Below, one piece after another: positions 43,549 through 47,298 of a stretch of 47,298 bases of DNA (positions are counted from its first letter, which is position 1; every line of letters starts with the position of its first letter). The stretch is from an uncultured Clostridium sp. (GTDB lineage: Bacteria; Bacillota; Clostridia; Lachnospirales; Lachnospiraceae). The stretch is taken from NCBI GenBank assembly GCA_900551135.1, contig URUX01000001.1:1-47298 (forward strand). The letters run 5' to 3'. Under the pieces are notes generated by a model. The model did no database searches, was not told where the DNA came from, and saw only the letters and a list, made by a program, of their open reading frames with translations. The position numbers were made by a program, and so were the translations under genes.

Positions 43549-46500
43549 ATGCCAGAGACAACAAATGAAACTTATCAGCCGTTGACTTTTGACGCAATTA
43601 AAATCGGACTGGCTTCTCCGGAAAAGATTTTAGAGTGGTCACATGGCGAGGTAAAGAAGCCGGAGACCATTAACTACAGAACGTTAAAGCCGGAAAAGGA
43701 TGGCCTGTTCTGTGAAAGAATCTTTGGACCTACCAAGGACTGGGAGTGTCATTGCGGCAAATATAAAAAGATTCGCTATAAAGGCGTTATCTGTGACCGT
43801 TGTGGTGTTGAGGTAACGAAAGCAAGTGTTCGTAGAGAGCGGGTAGGCCATATTGCCCTGGCCGCTCCCGTATCCCATATCTGGTATTTTAAGGGTATCC
43901 CCAGCCGTATGGGATTAATCCTGGACATTTCTCCAAGAACTCTGGAGAAAGTCCTGTACTTTGCATCTTACATTGTACTGGATCCAGGTCAGACCAGCCT
44001 TCAGTACAAGCAGGTTCTGTCTGAAAAGGAATACAGAGAAGAGATCGATAAGTACGGCTATGGCGCATTCCGTGCTGGAATGGGTGCTGAAGCTATCCAG
44101 GAGATTCTCCGGGCGATTGATCTGGAAAAGGATTCCGCAGATTTAAGAAAGCAGTTAAAAGAAGCTACAGGCCAGAAGCGCGCACGCATTATCAAGCGTC
44201 TGGAAGTTGTAGAGGCATTCCGCAATTCCGGAAATAAGCCGGAGTGGATGATTATGACTGTAATTCCGGTTATTCCTCCGGATATCCGTCCGATGGTACA
44301 GCTGGACGGCGGCCGTTTTGCAACTTCTGACTTAAACGACCTGTACAGAAGAATTATTAACCGTAACAACCGTCTGGCCCGCCTTCTGGAACTTGGCGCT
44401 CCGGATATCATTGTCCGCAATGAAAAGCGTATGCTTCAGGAAGCAGTAGACGCCCTGATTGATAACGGCCGCCGCGGAAGACCGGTAACCGGCCCAGGCA
44501 ACCGTGCGTTAAAGTCCTTATCTGATATGTTAAAGGGTAAGCAGGGACGTTTCCGTCAGAACCTGTTAGGTAAGCGTGTTGACTACTCCGGACGTTCTGT
44601 TATCGTAGTAGGACCTGAATTAAAGATTTACCAGTGTGGTCTTCCAAAGGAAATGGCAATCGAACTGTTTAAGCCGTTCGTTATGAAAGAACTGGTTTCC
44701 AACGGAACTGCCCACAACATTAAAAATGCAAAGAAGATGGTTGAACGTCTGCAGCCAGAGGTCTGGGACGTATTAGAGGATGTAATTAAAGAGCATCCAG
44801 TTATGTTAAACCGTGCTCCTACTCTGCACCGTCTGGGTATTCAGGCATTTGAGCCGATCCTGGTAGAAGGTAAGGCAATTAAGCTGCATCCTCTGGTTTG
44901 TACTGCATTTAACGCAGACTTTGACGGTGACCAGATGGCAGTCCATCTGCCTCTGTCCGTAGAAGCACAGGCAGAGTGCCGCTTCATGCTGCTTTCTCCG
45001 AACAACCTGTTAAAGCCTTCTGACGGCGGTCCTGTAGCCGTTCCGTCCCAGGATATGGTTCTTGGTATTTACTACCTGACCCAGGAAAGACCAGGAGCAG
45101 CAGGCGAGGGCATGATTTTCAGAAGTGTGAACGAAGCGATTCTTGCATACGAGAACAAGGCAGTAACCCTTCACTCCAGAGTAAAGGTAAGAATGCAGAA
45201 GACCATGCCGGATGGAACTGTAAAAACCGGTATTGTAGAGTCTACAGTAGGACGTTTCATTTTCAATGAAATCGTACCTCAGGATTTAGGCTTTGTAGAC
45301 AGAAGCATTGAAGGCAATGAACTGCTGCTGGAGGTTGACTTCCATGTAGGCAAGAAGCAGTTAAAGCAGATTCTGGAAAAGGTTATTAATGTTCATGGAG
45401 CAACCCAGACTGCAGTAACACTGGATGATATTAAGGCCATTGGCTACAAATATTCCACCAGAGCTGCAATGACTGTATCCATTTCGGATATGACGGTACC
45501 GGCATCCAAGAAGCAGTTGATTGCAGATGCCCAGGCAACCGTTGACAAGATTGCAAAGAACTTCCGCCGTGGTCTGATCACAGAGGAAGAGCGTTATAAA
45601 GAAGTAATTGAAACCTGGAAGAATACGGACGACCAGTTGACCCACGATCTGCTGACCGGCCTGGATAAGTACAACAACATCTACATGATGGCTGACTCCG
45701 GAGCCCGTGGTTCTGATAAGCAGATTAAGCAGCTGGCAGGTATGCGTGGATTGATGGCCGATACAACCGGACATACAATCGAGCTGCCGATTAAGTCCAA
45801 CTTCCGTGAAGGTCTGGACGTACTGGAGTACTTTATCTCCGCTCACGGCGCACGTAAAGGTCTGTCCGATACAGCGCTGCGTACCGCTGACTCTGGTTAC
45901 TTAACCAGACGTCTGGTAGACGTTTCCCAGGACTTAATTGTTCGTGAGACAGACTGCTGTGAAGGCAAAGAGATTCCATTTATGGAAATCAAGGCGTTTA
46001 CAGACGGACAGGAAACCATCGAGAGTCTGGAAGAACGTCTGACCGGCCGTTATATTGCAGAGACTATTACCGATCCGGATACCGGAGAAGTAGTTGTAAA
46101 AGCCAACCATATGTGTACGCCAAAGCGTGCTGCAGCCGTTATGAAGGTATTAAAGAAGCTGGGCAGAGATTCTGTTAAGATTCGTACCGTATTAAGCTGT
46201 AAGTCTCACATCGGTGTATGTGCAAAATGTTACGGTGCGAACATGGCGACCGGACAGCCTGTACAGGTAGGTGAAGCAGTTGGTATCATTGCAGCTCAGT
46301 CTATCGGCGAGCCAGGTACACAGCTGACCATGCGTACGTTCCATACCGGCGGTGTTGCCGGCGGCGATATTACCCAGGGTCTTCCCCGTGTCGAGGAACT
46401 TTTCGAGGCACGTAAGCCAAAGGGTCTTGCAATTATCTCCGAGTTTGGCGGAGTAGTTGCAATCAAGGATACCAAGAAGAAACGTGAAATCACCATTACC

Positions 46501-47196
46501 GACAATGAGACCGGCAATTCCAAGACCTATCTGATTCCTTATGGTTCCAGAATTAAGGTTCAGGACGGCCAGGTACTGGAAGCTGGTGATGAACTGACCG
46601 AAGGTAGCGTAAATCCGCACGATATCTTAAAGATCAAGGGCGTTCGTGCAGTACAGGATTACATGCTTCAGGAAGTACAGCGTGTATACCGCCTCCAGGG
46701 TGTAGAAATCAACGATAAGCATATTGAGATGATTGTACACCAGATGTTAAAGAAGATTAAGATCGAGGAAAGCGGCGACAGCGATGTATTGCCAGGCGTA
46801 TCCATGGACGTTTTAGACTTCAATGACATGAATGAGAAGCTGATTGCAGAAGGCAAGCAGCCGGCAGAAGGCAAGCAGGTTATGCTGGGTATCACAAAGG
46901 CATCCCTGGCAACGGATTCCTTCTTATCTGCAGCATCCTTCCAGGAGACCACCAAGGTTCTGACCGAGGCGGCAATTAATGGTAAGGTAGACAAACTGAT
47001 TGGATTAAAGGAAAACGTTCTGATTGGTAAACTGATTCCTGCCGGAACCGGTATGAAGCGGTACCGTGACGTTCATCTCAGCACTGACAATGGTCAGGAA
47101 GTGATGGATGAGGATGATGACGAGATGTTAAAGCCAATTAACATTCAGCCAGAAGATGCAGAAGAAGTGCTGAATCTGGATGAAGAAGAGATTTAA
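43549..47196 (+). CDS. rpoC: DNA-directed RNA polymerase subunit beta'
   Basis: The sequence is unmistakable: the zinc-binding motif [35 protein letters not shown], and the trigger loop and bridge helix regions. Confidence 0.97.
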   Translation: MPETTNETYQPLTFDAIKIGLASPEKILEWSHGEVKKPETINYRTLKPEKDGLFCERIFGPTKDWECHCGKYKKIRYKGVICDRCGVEVTKASVRRERVGHIALAAPVSHIWYFKGIPSRMGLILDISPRTLEKVLYFASYIVLDPGQTSLQYKQVLSEKEYREEIDKYGYGAFRAGMGAEAIQEILRAIDLEKDSADLRKQLKEATGQKRARIIKRLEVVEAFRNSGNKPEWMIMTVIPVIPPDIRPMVQLDGGRFATSDLNDLYRRIINRNNRLARLLELGAPDIIVRNEKRMLQEAVDALIDNGRRGRPVTGPGNRALKSLSDMLKGKQGRFRQNLLGKRVDYSGRSVIVVGPELKIYQCGLPKEMAIELFKPFVMKELVSNGTAHNIKNAKKMVERLQPEVWDVLEDVIKEHPVMLNRAPTLHRLGIQAFEPILVEGKAIKLHPLVCTAFNADFDGDQMAVHLPLSVEAQAECRFMLLSPNNLLKPSDGGPVAVPSQDMVLGIYYLTQERPGAAGEGMIFRSVNEAILAYENKAVTLHSRVKVRMQKTMPDGTVKTGIVESTVGRFIFNEIVPQDLGFVDRSIEGNELLLEVDFHVGKKQLKQILEKVINVHGATQTAVTLDDIKAIGYKYSTRAAMTVSISDMTVPASKKQLIADAQATVDKIAKNFRRGLITEEERYKEVIETWKNTDDQLTHDLLTGLDKYNNIYMMADSGARGSDKQIKQLAGMRGLMADTTGHTIELPIKSNFREGLDVLEYFISAHGARKGLSDTALRTADSGYLTRRLVDVSQDLIVRETDCCEGKEIPFMEIKAFTDGQETIESLEERLTGRYIAETITDPDTGEVVVKANHMCTPKRAAAVMKVLKKLGRDSVKIRTVLSCKSHIGVCAKCYGANMATGQPVQVGEAVGIIAAQSIGEPGTQLTMRTFHTGGVAGGDITQGLPRVEELFEARKPKGLAIISEFGGVVAIKDTKKKREITITDNETGNSKTYLIPYGSRIKVQDGQVLEAGDELTEGSVNPHDILKIKGVRAVQDYMLQEVQRVYRLQGVEINDKHIEMIVHQMLKKIKIEESGDSDVLPGVSMDVLDFNDMNEKLIAEGKQPAEGKQVMLGITKASLATDSFLSAASFQETTKVLTEAAINGKVDKLIGLKENVLIGKLIPAGTGMKRYRDVHLSTDNGQEVMDEDDDEMLKPINIQPEDAEEVLNLDEEEI

Positions 47197-47218
47197 ATAA
47201 GAGTTAAGTAAGATAGAG

Positions 47219-47255
47219 AGGCTGTTGCGCTAATAATTAGTGCACAGCCTTTTTT
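47219..47255 (+). terminator. Intrinsic terminator after rpoC
   Basis: The stem AGGCTGT(T)GCGC / GTGCACAGCCT is followed by T6. Confidence 0.7.
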
Positions 47256-47298
47256 CGCAGTAAAATACCACGCTGTTATGGGAGCAAGCCGCAGACTA

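Noticed and set aside
1-47298. Looked for rRNA, tRNA, CRISPR arrays, transposases, integrases, recombinases and phage structural genes.
   Set aside because: I found none:
- no regularly spaced direct repeats;
- no cloverleaf-like GC-rich blocks of 70-90 nt in the intergenic gaps;
- no ORF with DDE, tyrosine-recombinase or serine-recombinase motifs.

Overview
This 47.3-kb chromosomal window reads like a spore-forming Clostridia genome. It looks Lachnospiraceae-like from the rpoB/rpoC N-termini, spoIIR, a YesL/DUF624 gene and a recurrent palindromic intergenic repeat, but the taxon is inference only. About 40 protein genes are present and most are housekeeping.

Gene content, left to right:
- 0-9 kb: LysR regulator (partial), a disrupted DASS transporter, an apgM-like mutase, a BCCT transporter, a lipoprotein, DUF4250, L-asparaginase, cardiolipin synthase and a PF06541-like membrane protein.
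- 9-16 kb: a tightly packed run of plsC, pheA, DUF815 ATPase, ppx and ppk1.
- 16-25 kb: Zn-phospholipase-C-like protein, alanine:cation symporter, a structured leader plus terminator ahead of a Ca2+/Na+ antiporter, a decayed AT-rich gap holding a GH13 gene fragment, ppiB, a GNAT, a membrane protein, YesL, ispE and a GntR regulator.
- 25-36 kb: a TetR-controlled RND efflux operon (adaptor, pump, two TolC-like paralogs), spoIIR, ddl, murI and DUF1934.
- 39-47 kb: rpoB and rpoC.

I saw no rRNA, tRNA, CRISPR array, transposase or integrase.

The most interesting element is a compact, visibly AT-richer operon at about 36.3-38.9 kb. It has its own near-consensus promoter and is bracketed by strong terminators, sitting between DUF1934 and the rpoBC block. 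It encodes four products:
- a helical N-terminal ORF;
- a nitrilase-superfamily-like, Cys-rich ORF; these first two may be one gene split at a T7 tract;
- a winged-helix protein;
- an acidic helical protein.
I cannot place these in any described system and flag the operon as a candidate novel accessory or defence-type module.

Other points worth a second look are a four-copy nested-palindrome repeat family next to gene ends, a candidate riboswitch, two decayed genes, and tandem TolC-like genes in an apparently monoderm organism. All family assignments come from reading the translated sequences by eye. No database search was run.
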